Shown: one piece after another, positions 13,901 to 25,649 of the stretch | How positions within the stretch are numbered: the stretch's first letter is position 1 | How the letters are laid out: each line of letters starts with the position of its first letter | Assembly: GCA_965235115.1 (NCBI GenBank) | Contig: OZ249436.1 | Location: 20,090,001-20,154,000, forward strand | Reading direction: 5' to 3' | DNA: 64,000 nt | From: Laetmonice hystrix | Taxonomy: Eukaryota | The notes under the pieces: generated by a model | The model's input: only the letters and a program-made list of their open reading frames with translations | Databases searched by the model: none | Told to the model about the DNA's origin: nothing | Translations under genes and position numbers: made by a program

Positions 13901-15222
13901 ACTCAGAATACTTGAGATAGGGGGCCTACATTATTAACGCTTGACACGGGACACTTACCGTTGGGACATACCGGGCAGCAGTGTCCCCGAGGGACAACGC
14001 CATCTACACATTGCACCCTTGGACAGTGGAAGTGGATACAAGCTGGTCGACCGTCGGGGCCTCCCCCGGCCCACGGGCAGTAACACCGGGTGCACGGTCC
14101 TGCCGGGATGACCGCACCTCTCGGGTAGTCCGTCCCATTGTAGGCACACCCGTACTCCATACAGTCAGTACAGCACCGCCCAGATCCCGCCGGGCCCGCC
14201 GACTCAATGCAGTCCGGTTGACTGTCACATGTTTCGGAAACGCATCGTAGTTCTCCCGTCCGTTCTAGGCATTCACATGTGACACAAGGCGAGAGGCGAA
14301 ACTCGCCAGGAGGATAAAGTTTGCCGCCATATTCACACGTGACGCCTCCGTTTCTAGATTGTTTTGGGCTAAGGGCCACTGCCTCATGCACGATAACACC
14401 CAGACCATCGAGTTTGGCAATGGCTAACAGCAACAAAGTGCGCAAAGTTGCCTGCACTTGAATCAACATCATTCTACGCTAGTCATAGAACAAGCCTTTA
14501 AATTCCGCAATTACCAAACACTGCAATCGTTAATGTTGCTGTGCTTTTAGGACGTTGTGGCGACAGAGAGTTGAATCATTCTTGTAGGAACTTGATGAAA
14601 TCTAAATGCATGTGTAGGTATAACCTCGTGGCGGTTTGCAACACGTTTTTGATGAGACGACTATAGAATTCATCGATGTAGATCTACATTTGAAACGATT
14701 TCTCTACAACGACGCCCTGTCTGTATATGAAAGATTCAGGTTGGAGATCTATGCCAGGAGCGGGCATCGCGTTGCCAGTTCCATCCTTTATAAGACGTAC
14801 CGCTGGAGAAAGGACATTGTTGGCAGGATGTTCCCGCCTTCAAGTGACTGACTCGATACGAACGCTTTCGTTCAGTGTGATGCAGTGAACCCCAGCGGCC
14901 CGAGATGATTCGACTACAAGTGTCCTGTACAGCAAACGGTAGCGTTCAGGTCATTGAACGGCTTCTTGTAGATCCAGACGATACGTCTTGATCATGGCAC
15001 ACCTTCGAGAGACAAAGATCCTTCTGAAACCCTTAAAGGGGTCTGGCCCGTGGTGGTAACACGTCCTGTTAATCAACCAGCCATTGTCAGACGTCCTTCC
15101 ACGTGGCAGAGCGAGGCCCGCGGAGGGGAAAGCCGATCTGTTTGATGTCGTCCCTGAACGGCGACTACTGTTTGGTTTGCTCAAACCACGTGCTTGCTTT
15201 CTCGGGATCCTGTCGTTACCAT
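1908..15222 (-). CDS. VWC2: Secreted von Willebrand factor C domain protein, VWC2/brorin-like (about 231 aa). Coding exons 15222-15220 (ATG only, inferred), 14451-13959, 2107-1908
   Basis: Exon 14451-13959 encodes a hydrophobic N-terminus (ATLRTLLLLAIA) and two VWC domains (..CVTCEC..CCTDC; ..CTRCYC..CCPVCPN) and ends at G|gtaagt (phase 1). Exon 2107-1908 follows ttttgcag| and continues in phase as GANCWLDDLIIPAGQDVWVDKCRSCYC...ERRAICYRHSGCIEW*, matching the truncated third cysteine-rich module of VWC2/VWC2L (GPNC..IPAG.EV..D.C..C.C..ERQAMC.RHEC). The first exon is less certain; ATG at 14472 is an alternative start. Confidence 0.85.
2886..3035 (-). mobile_element. Degenerate SINE fragment (mollusc-type SINE central domain)
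   Basis: ggcggtcagtattattggtgga-accggagtaccaggaaaaattaccgacctg..aactaacaaacctttccacatgatg resembles the reverse complement of the common bivalve/mollusc SINE core (ggcggtcagttttattggtggaggaaaccggagtacccggagaaaaccaccgacctg). Recognised from memory, not from a search. Confidence 0.6.
3095..3434. mobile_element. Non-autonomous DNA transposon (MITE), Kolobok-like
   Basis: 13-bp perfect TIR aggtgctattcgt...acgaatagcacct, flanked by TTAA at 3091-3094 and 3435-3438; AG...CT termini. Confidence 0.8.
6504..6850. repeat. 65-bp minisatellite, about 5 copies, VWC2 intron
   Basis: aaatggatgtaat(c/g)tgtacacggagagaaccacagaaaaacattcatttcaaca... with period 65 (6571, 6636, 6701, 6766). Confidence 0.9.
7901..8829. 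repeat. 72-bp GC-rich minisatellite, about 13 near-identical copies, VWC2 intron
   Basis: Unit acgacggcatacaatagtgggactgggccgtgcgctctatgcctgcaggggtctctacagtcagcgaacacg; period 72 gives the 24-aa repeating ORFs on both strands. Confidence 0.97.
10821..10894. repeat. 29-bp tandem repeat, about 2.5 copies
   Basis: gcacacatgagatgc(a/t)ccgactgtgtaaa repeated. Confidence 0.85.
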
Positions 15223-15294
15223 GTGACACCGACTAACATCTCATTGGTGCTGTGCTTGTTGTCGAGTTGGTGCGCACGCAGGGAGAGGCCGGCG

Positions 15295-15332
15295 GATGAC
15301 TGGCTGCGTGCTGCCCCAGGGTTCTGCTTATA
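15295..15332 (-). promoter_or_regulatory. Putative core promoter (TATA-like plus Inr-like) of the VWC2-like gene
   Basis: Minus-strand TATAAG at 15332-15327, about 30 nt before an Inr-like CCAGTC, upstream of ...CACATG|gtaac donor at 15219. Confidence 0.45.
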
Positions 15333-16616
15333 CACGCTGTCACGACGATCTGCTGTGGAAACTGATCTGGCGGAGGACGGCGCGCTTGTCTGGGCGGGCG
15401 TGAGGGTCGCCATTAGCCACTGAGACACGCTGAAGCAGCAGTAATGTGGATGTAATTCTGGCCGGCTGGAGCACCGTCCGTATTCTGACTTCCATTCCTG
15501 GGGACAAAGCAACCAGCCAAGACAAACTAATCTTAGTTGTGGGGCTGTGAGCCAGCGCTGGCCCTGAGCGCTCACCGAGACAGACGGTTGTCGGAGCGTA
15601 CGGGCCGCGCCCATTGAGCCCCTCAACCTGTTTTGCCTCGACACGATTTGCCGGTGGAGTCCCTCATCGGTAGTCAGTATCCATGAAAATAATCGATGGT
15701 TTTATTAACTGGTCGATTAAGCGTGGGCGCTGGGAGGGCCCTTACTCACTGTCTAGAATTCAGCGCGGTTATTCTGCCTCATCTATATCCATAACCATGT
15801 CCCGAACACGGCTGCCGACCCACACCCCAAGATCATTGGTTCCACTGGCAAGCGCCGGTGGCCTAACCCAAACCACAAACCACTAGACTTGAAGTGAACC
15901 ATCATAACCACTACACGTTCTGTAGACCACAGTTACATTCCTTGAGATGGGCAACTGATTCAAATATTTAGACTTCTCGCGTTCGCTTTCCCCAAAAGTG
16001 CAGAAGGAAAATATCGATTTGCCAGCTCACACATCCTTCCTTGACTGCCCCACCCCCCTTCGTTCCCTCGTCTCGCATAAAGGGGAACTTTGCGAAGGGG
16101 TTTCTGTTTGATATCTGGCTATAAGTTAATGGCATTTCTTGGTATGCTCTACCATAGCGAACGTTGACAGTGTTAACGGATTAGCGTTATCCGTCTACTT
16201 ACTGACTTCCTGCCAGAGTTCTCCACCACGTACCAGTATTCCCTGGCAGGATTCGGCCGTGGTTCTTGTTAGCCTGAATCCGCTCGTTCTCGCTGATCTA
16301 TCTCACTTTCGGTTCGTTGGCCTTCAACTCATGATTGATGATCATAGCTTGTCTGACACAAGGCCTTTAGTCCGCAAATGTAATTACGCCATGTACTTCT
16401 CTGAATGTTGAAAGTTGGTTTTTAATGAAAATATCCGGGCGTGATGCGTGCGAGGTCGCTCCTTGATGGCAACGGTTTAGGCTGAACTATAATCATACGT
16501 TTGCGTGTGGGTGGTGTGATAGGCGTGAGAATATAGTTTCAATACCCTGCATGAAATGTTTGGGTACTTGATATCTAACGGCCGCGATCATTGGTATAGC
16601 CCCCTCCGAGTCTTAA

Positions 16617-17199
16617 AGGGAAATGTGAGTGTTCGACGGAATTTGATTGACCACTAGAATTTTCAAAATATTTTTATGGGGGATAGCCTTTGTCCTTAGG
16701 AGTACAAAGAAACAAAAAAACTCATATGTCACCGAATTAGATTTTTTTTTATACAGGCCTCCGTAAAAAATGGGTCTTTACTATAGGTTTCAATGGGAAA
16801 AACAGGATTTTTCAGACATTTTGACTAATAGTTAAAAAATGACCACCAAATTTTTCATGAAACTTGGTGACAAGATAAAGTGGATCAGGACTAATAGTTT
16901 AAAACAAAAAAAATTGGGGGTCACCGAATTAAAAAAAAAGTTACAGCCTGCCAAACATTCAGTGCCTTGGTAAAACACGGGTCTTAACTATAGCATTCAA
17001 TGGAGTAGACAGGTTCTGGCACAGAGTTTGGTTCATGGTTTAAAAAATACTACTGATTTCCACATCAAACTAGTTGACTGCAAAAATAAGCCAAACATTT
17101 TTCTGTTAAAGCTCACTACGTGGCGCTTTGAATACTCACATTTCCCCAGTGGTACCAACGCGACTCACTAAGTGGCGCTTTGAACACTCACATTTCCCT
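16617..17199 (+). mobile_element. Kolobok-like MITE, family B copy 1 (583 bp)
   Basis: 18-bp perfect TIR agggaaatgtgagtgttc...gaacactcacatttccct with TTAA on both sides (16613-16616, 17200-17203); second copy at 40491-41066. Confidence 0.9.
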
Positions 17200-20100
17200 T
17201 TAAGGTTGCGTGAGGAAGGCTTTGGTCAATCGATCTCTTTAGCTGTCTGACGTAAGCAGCGGGCCAGTAAAGAGTTTCCGGTACTGCGCAACGAAGACTT
17301 CCGATTGGCCGAAATGATCGAACTTAGACTGCCCAGTTTGTGATTGGCCCGATCTGTTGTCGCTCGTATATGTTGACACATTCGTTGTTCTCCCTAATTA
17401 GAGTGTCATTGTTAACGTACGGTAATCTTTGCTCCTGACAGCGTGACATGCTGGAGAACCCCGCCTTTCTCCTGTACGCTGGACGTGTATAATGTGACCT
17501 TGCCCATTATTGTCTGGAAACCATTGTTCTGGCTGTCAACGCTGCACATCACTAAGCGTCTGCCACGAGGCGGTGTGTGTCATTTACTATGGTTACTACG
17601 TCACGATGGTCATGTATGACTGTCAGAACATGTCAGAGTATATGACAAGATATATGTCGGTCCCTGTGGTACGACGTGATTCAGTCTTCGAAGACTGGGG
17701 TTTTAGCAATTGGGCATGCCTGTCCACATCTCAGGCGCGAAACCAGCAGTGCACGAAAGGGGGGGGGGGGCACATCGCCCCCTTGCCTCCCCCTGTTCCT
17801 GGCTAAGCCATGCAGTGCTGTCTTGCCTTCATTTCCTTAACCTATAAGGCCGAAACAGTGATTCCTCTTTTGTGACTTAGTCTATGCTAGTTTATCTTTA
17901 TAGCATATTTAAGCGGCTGACGTGGACTGTTTTACGACCATATTTATATCTCCAGGAATAGACATGGATTATAGGGCGGAAACCCCTGAATTATAGGGTA
18001 TAGGTCGATCATTTCGGCGCTCTATTTGTGTACCGGGGAACAGACATCCCCCATATATCCGCCCATTTCGGTGCTTTCAATGGAGGCTCATGTGTCCACA
18101 GCACACAGATAGTCAGTATCACTAATATAGCGGGTGAAAATAAAATTCTATTCACCTACCAGCCGGTATATTATTCGACATCTAACCTTTTCTACGCCAA
18201 CTTTCACCCAGTATGACTATAGAAGAATATATTGTTTCTCGTTGTTGTTAAGCCTTGTATACGCTTTTTCATCAGAGCTGTTTATCTGTTGAATGTAAAA
18301 AGTCTTAAGTTCATATACCATCGTATACAGTAAGCTTATGGAATGAACTTCATATACATTCACAAAGGACCCCCCCCCCCACCCACCCCGATGCTAATAT
18401 TCAGATTATTACATCTGTTACTTGACTGGATATAGCCACAATGATTGCAATCTTGCTGCGATATAACATCATATTTTCATTATTATTCATAATATTTTTG
18501 TTAAATAATAAAGTTTATAGAGCCCATATTTCAGTTCCACTGAAAACCTATTATGAAACAGAAAAGTAACAAGACCATTGCCCATCAGTCTGTGTCAATA
18601 ACAGTGTGGCTTCCGCGGTCCTGACAGCATTACACCACTGTTTGATGGGACAATGGCGCTTGTTTGCGTCAGCGCCAGCACGGATGTTCCTTGTCTGCCA
18701 GTAAAATGCTGCAGCTCACGCGCCTGCGCTGCCGCCACTATCTAATGGCGCCATTGTCAATGACTGACATGGACTGGCAAGAATTCTTGGCAGCTTCTGT
18801 TTTTTTTCGTCGCAGTTTCTGCATACAGTACCACGACCTTCGGAGGTGATTGCTCATGTCTCAAACTAATCTAATCTATTTGTTGGTATTTGTAGTGAAA
18901 AGCTCCCCCATTCATTTCACAGCTTGAGGCCAAAATAATCCTGTTCTAACAAACATCGCTGTTCACGCCAGAAACCATTTCTCTCAGAGACAGATCGCCC
19001 AGCTCAGTAATATATTTTCCATGATGCATTGTCTTTCAAACGACATTGCACAACATTCTCTCGCTGGGCCGTTAAATAGTTTCATGTAATCTCACGGAGC
19101 GTGGCGTGCAAGGCGCAAGGCTCATCTACCCCTTTTAAAAAGAACAATTCATGTCTGTTCCGACAGAAAACCTGCCATTTCAAAGACGCTATAGATATAC
19201 AACCTCCCACGGCTACACGTTGAGATCATAAGATGTAAGGTTAAAATACGAGCTCGTGGAGTAATGATGGGAATCATGAACAGTATCTAAAACGGTCCGA
19301 GTCTCGTGTGCAACACAACATCACAGAAACTGGTGACGATGTCGGCCTTGAGCTCTTCTTGGTGGATTTCAAAAACTAGACGTAAGTATTCTGGCTTTTC
19401 ATATGTCATTTTTAACGATGTCTGCATGTACCTGGCATTACTCTGACTTACTTTTTCTTGGTATGTGAGTTTGGGATTCCCATTTCGAAAATCATTTTCG
19501 AAACTGCGAGGGAACTCCTAACCTTATAACACAACGCGACAGTCATAACGCACACGTTTCTAGACCAGTCGAGTTGATGTAGACTTTACTATATCAGGCT
19601 CGCTTTATAAAACTTTAAACAGGCCCCTTTTATAAGAACTGGCCACTCTACACAACACCAGCCTCATGATTAGTTTTACATTAGTCGTTGGATTCATCAT
19701 CTCGGCTTTCAATAGCCCATTTAGAAGATCTGGCCCCCACCCACAATCTCGGAGGACTTCAATAGCTAATTGACTAGTTTTCCGTATCGTTGTCGGCTGC
19801 ACATGTTTATCTGCGGTCAAGAACGGAAATCAATGTTAAATCGGTTCAGTGTTATGTGGTGGAGAGATTGTAGCGATTTATTCGGAAGACATGGGAGAAA
19901 TTAAACGTGAGCAAATCAAGAAAAACCTCGACCTTTCAAAGTACGACAAGGCTTGACATTTTGATTTTCAAACTCTGAAGTCTCACTAACCTTTTTGTCC
20001 GCGGTCTACTCGTTGGTTGCATGCATGAGTGCGCTAGGGGTCCTGTATAATTTCTAAACTACTGCAGAGTACGTGTGGAATAATTCCAATAAGACGTTCT

Positions 20101-23100
20101 ATAAGGTTAGGCAGCACTATAATATACGGTGGACATCTAAGGTCTATTGTGATCATCATCTTCATCAGGTTATTGTGTCCGTATTTACTTGTGTCCTGTC
20201 TATGCCTTGGATGGCGATTCTTGTCGTGAAATCCTGATACTAATGGACCTGGTTTGGTTCCACACACACCACATAATTTCGCCTTCATGAGCGCTGATAT
20301 TGTGAAATGAATTGGTGAGGATGAGAGGAGAACACGATTGGAGGGGACGTCTCATAGACTGCTGGGACAATGACAGCTATCCGTCGTGTCAACCATACGT
20401 ACAGCAGAAGTTTCAATTATTCAACGCTTTCCGACTGTCTCCTTGAAACTTGCCAGCTTAGCTGAGTATAAAATGCAAGACTGCTATTGCGCTAGGGGTT
20501 TAAATATATTATATCCCGTAATCTGAAATGGTGCAGCTGTTACTACAATCTCAATGGCTTTCCAGGGATCGGCTGGGGGCCGGAGAGTTGGGAAACGGGT
20601 GGGGGGATCTTGGGGCCTTCAACGTAATCAGTCCAATAACGAAAATTGGGGGTTGTCAGCTTGAATGATTGTATCTTTATGTGTAGGACCTACTAAGTAG
20701 CTCTGTATCCATGCAGCCGTTTGCGGTCTCCACTTAGTCTGCTAATCCATACGCCGGCGAAAGGGCGTACAGAAGAGATAGAAATGCAGTGAAGAGGTAA
20801 AAAAATAGTCCAGCAAAGTAGTTTGCATTTGAACTGTTTTAACTCAAATTACATATATTTAAATCTTTAAGAAAAATGAAATGACGTGATAAACAACCTC
20901 TGCTAATGTAAGTAATGCTTAACTATATTGTGAGTAGTAGTTAACTGCTCGCATGTGTCACAGGTGCACATCTTGACTCTCACACTAGTCCCGGGATATC
21001 CCACAATAACACACCAAGAAGAGGTTGGTTTCAGTAAAAGCGACCTCTGGCGGAAGGGTGGCTTGGATGGATACAAGAACCTGAACCGCAAAGGCATCAT
21101 ATATTTAGGCCCTACTTGACAGAGAAATACTTCGAGTTCCAAGAAACCCGGCACGTTTCTGCTCTGAGCTATCCTTACTAATTGCCTTTTCACCTATTGG
21201 CCTATTATAAATACTAGTTTCATTGGTTTTTACGACTAGATCTATGAGTTAATCAACTGAACTTTCACACTAGAAAGACTTAGTTCTTCCATGTGGATTT
21301 CCCTAACATTTAGCTAAAATTTCTTGAGACATTTCGAAATAAACAGTGCCTGACATTTAAGGTTTCCGCATGACCGACGAAACTAGTTAGCATTCCGAAA
21401 CACTATCCTCTCTGTTAGTGGCTTTCATGTTTAAAGTACTTCAGACACGTTGTCCACGGAGACCAGATAGAAATTGGAAAGTGAATTGATATGACAGATC
21501 ATTGGATGACCAGGGACCAGTGATGAAATTAGAGATACTGTTTAATCGGTTCTTCACGTCTGATTCGTTGATTGAGGACGACTAATATATTATTCGTCTA
21601 ATAGTACAGGCACTCATTGCGTTCCGAATGCATGGGGACGTAAGCGGGTCTTTACAAAGGGTATAGACAGTCGGCGACACATCGGTGACCAAAGCGCCCG
21701 AGACACATAAAATAGAATTGGCATCTAAGGTTTAAGCACACGGCAAGCGGTCTCGGGAGAATTTGTACTATGATTGAAAGGCACATTTTGTTCTGATGCT
21801 CTTTAATCGAATTCAGCCGTCTCTGCTACAAAAACGGAATTTTGTCGAACCTACTTTCAGCCTTGAATGGCCATGTGCTCAGCATGGGGAATGGCCGCAG
21901 TGCTTGTGCTTTCTGATTGGTCAAATCGGCCGCCTTTGAACCAGGAACCCGTATAAAACTTTCTTTGCTTAGAGTTTTTGAAAAGGAGATTTTTGATAGG
22001 AGAACGTTAATTGACGCCACGGCCTGAAGGTGTGTGTGTGTAAGGGTGGGGGGGGGGGGGCTAGGGGGGGGGGGGCTAGTCTTTCTTCATCTGCGCCGAG
22101 AAAGAAGAGCGACAGGACGAGTGGAGGGTGGGTAGCAGAAAGAGCGAGTGTAGGAGAGAAAAAGAAGTTGGTCGTCGACAACATATGTACAGGCCTATAT
22201 TTTGCTTCCCCTGCCAGTCCAATCTTTCAGAGTACAAATCGCAAGAGGCAAACGAACTGGGACACAACAATACAAATGTACATTGAGTGTTAGTTTCATT
22301 GTCTTCAACTATTAGTTTGTGTCTGTCAATACGGTACTTTTTGTGTTACTTGATATTGTTGGATATCGTTTGTATACACTAAGAGACACATCTATGCATA
22401 TTAAAATTTGCGTTAATCATCATTAAATCTTTGTACCGATCAGAAGTATAAAAAGGGAAAATATTCCTAAGTCAGTGTTAGCCTGTATCCAGTTCTGTGA
22501 TTTGAAAAGAAACAAAGAACAATGTGCTTTGAACAGTTTCAGAAACATGACACTGAAGATAGGCATTGTCCATTTTCATTTTACTGTCGTTAGCTGTGTT
22601 TAGTTTTTCTTGATTACTGTTGGCCCGAAACACATTTTCCACCGTGTTTTGGAATTTTGCAGAAATACAATGAAAAATTATTTATTGGCGCGTGTTGAGA
22701 CTGGATAGGCACCATCAAGAAAGCAAATGAAATTGAAGAAATCGTTCCCACCGGCTGGGCAGCTTTGTACCTGGGAGGTGTTATTATTGGTATACTGTGG
22801 TATGGTACGTTGTATTGTGTGTACGTTATTGTGTTGTGTGTACATTATGTATGTTATTGTGTTTTGTTTTGTTTAACGGGCTATGGGTTGGGAGGTGTGT
22901 TTTGTGAGAATATATGTGTATCTGTAGGGGTGTCTTGTCTTGGAAAATAAAAAAATATTATAAAAAAAAAAAGAAGACCAGGTTCTTGTCATTAGGATCT
23001 AAACACAAATTATAACCACGTTAACTATCATTATGTAGCTACATGTAGCTATACAACCATAATATCTCCTTGACGATATGTATTCAGTATTATAACTCCG

Positions 23101-23406
23101 CCGTTAATGAAAATACTCGCCTTTAGACAAGAATCTAATTAAGTGAATAAGAAATTACTCGATGCGTGCTCGATCTCTGGCGATCACATTACGACCGTTA
23201 TCAGTCTAAGACAATTAATGTTGTTGTCGTCGTGTTATGTCACGGTCACAACAACACTCAACTAAAATCTAATCTTACTTGCATGCGGAATTACGCAATC
23301 AACCAGACACCATCTACATGTATACAACCTATAAGGAAAACATCCCGGTGTCTGGTATGAAGAACATTTCAAAAGTGGTGCGGTGGTGAGGGTTAAAATT
23401 AATTTT

Positions 23407-25649
23407 GTGTGTGACAGCTTGACATGCATCATCCTCAGACTGTCCCTGATCATTGTGTAAGTGTGACAGCTTGACATGCATCATCCTCAGACTGTCCCTG
23501 ATCATTGTGTAAGTGTGACAGCTTGACATGCATCATCCTCAGACTGTCCCTGATCATTGTGTAAGTGTGGCAGCTTGACATGCATCATCCTCAGACTGTC
23601 CCTGATCATTGTGTAAGTGTGACAGCTTGACATGCATCATCCTCAGTCTGTCCCTGATCAGTGTGTAAGTGTGACAGCTTGACATGCATCATCCTCAGAC
23701 TGTCCCTGATCATTGTGTAAGTGTGACAGCTTGACATGCATCATCCTCAGACTGTCCCTGATCATTGTGTAAGTGTGACAGCTTGGCATGCATCATCCTC
23801 AGACTGTCCCTGATCATTGTGTAATGGCTCATAAGATCTTGACATGCATCATCCTCAGACTGTCCCTGATCATTGTGTTAGTGTGACAGCTTGGCATGCA
23901 TCATCCTCAGACTGTCCCTGATCATTGTGTAAGTGTGACAGCTTGACATGCATCATCCTCAGACTGTCCCTGATCATTGTGTAAGTGTGACAGCTTGACA
24001 TGCATCATCCTCAGACTGTCCCTGATCATTGTGTAAGTGTGACAGCTTGACATGCATCATCCTCAGACTGTCCCTGATCATTGTGTAATGTGTGTGACAG
24101 CTTGACATGCATCATCCTCAGACTGTCCCTGATCATTGTGTAAGTGTGACAGCTTGGCATGCATCATCCTCAGACTGTCCCTGATCATTGTGTAATGGCT
24201 CATAAGATCTTGACATGCATCATCCTCAGACTGTCCCTGATCATTGTGTTAGTGTGACAGCTTGGCATGCATCATCCTCAGACTGTCCCTGATCATTGTG
24301 TAAGTGTGACAGCTTGACATGCATCATCCTCAGACTGTCCCTGATCATTGTGTAAGTGTGACAGCTTGACATGCATCATCCTCAGACTGTCCCTGATCAT
24401 TGTGTAAGTGTGACAGCTTGACATGCATCATCCTCAGACTGTCCCTGATCATTGTGTAATGTGTGTGACAGCTTGACATGCATCATCCTCAGACTGTCCC
24501 TGATCATTGTGTAAGTGTGACAGCTTGGCATGCATCATCCTCAGACTGTCCCTGATCATTGTGTAATGGCTCATAAGATCTTGACATGCATCATCCTCAG
24601 ACCGTCCCTGATCATTGTGTAATGGCTCATAAGATCTTGACATGCATCATCCTCAGACTGTCCCTGATCATTGTGTAAGTGTGACAGCTTGACATGCATC
24701 ATCCTCAGACTGTCCCCGATCATTGTGTAAGTGTGACAGCTTGACATGCATCATCCTCAGACTGTCCCTGATCATTGTGTAAGTGTGACAGCTTGACATG
24801 CATCATCCTCAGACTGTCCCTGATCATTGTGTAATGTGTGTGACAGCTTGACATGCATCATCCTCAGACTGTCCCTGATCATTGTGTAATGTGTGTGACA
24901 GCTTGACATGCATCATCCTCAGACTGTCCCTGATCATTGTGTAAGTGTGACAGCTTGACATGCATCATCCTCAGACTGTCCCTGATCATTGTGTAAGTGT
25001 GACAGCTTGACATGCATCATCCTCAGACTGTCCCTGATCAGTGTGTAAGTGTGACAGCTTGACATGCATCATCCTCAGACTGTCCCTGATCATTGTGTAA
25101 TGGCTCATAAGATCTTGACATGCATCATCCTCAGACTGTCCCTGATCATTGTGTAAGTGTGACAGCTTGACATACATCATCCTCAGACTGTACCTGATCA
25201 TTGTGTAATGTGTGTGACATCTTGACATGCATCATCCTCAGACTGTCCCTGATCATTGTGTAAGTGTGACAGCTTGACATGCATCATCCTCAGACTGTCC
25301 CTGATCATTGTGTAAGTGTGACAGCTTGACATGCATCATCCTCAGACTGTCCCTGATCATTGTGTAAGTGTGACAGCTTGACATGCATCATCCTCAGACT
25401 GTCCCTGATCATTGTGTAAGTGTGACAGCTTGACATGCATCATCCTCAGACTGTCCCTGATCATTGTGTAATGGCTCATAAGATCTTGACATGCATCATC
25501 CTCAGACTGTCCCTGATCATTGTGTAATGGCTCATAAGATCTTGACATGCATCATCCTCAGACTGTCCCTGATCATTGTGTAATGTGTGTGACAGCTTGA
25601 CATGCATCATCCTCAGACTGTCCCTGATCCTTGTGTAATGGCTCATAAG
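23407..25649. repeat. 52-bp satellite array (about 42 units) with 55- and 56-bp variants and a higher-order repeat
   Basis: Constant core cttgacatgcatcatcctcagactgtccctgatcattgtgtaa plus one of three linkers: gtgtgacag, tgtgtgtgacag or tggctcataagat. Confidence 0.98.

Noticed and set aside
17868..17890. Partial similarity to miR-153 on the minus strand (agtcacaaaag)
   Set aside because: The seed region is interrupted and no hairpin partner is visible.
23407..25649. CRISPR-like look (constant core plus variable spacer)
   Set aside because: Only three short recurrent linkers rather than unique spacers, no cas genes, and a eukaryotic spliced-gene context; it is a satellite.
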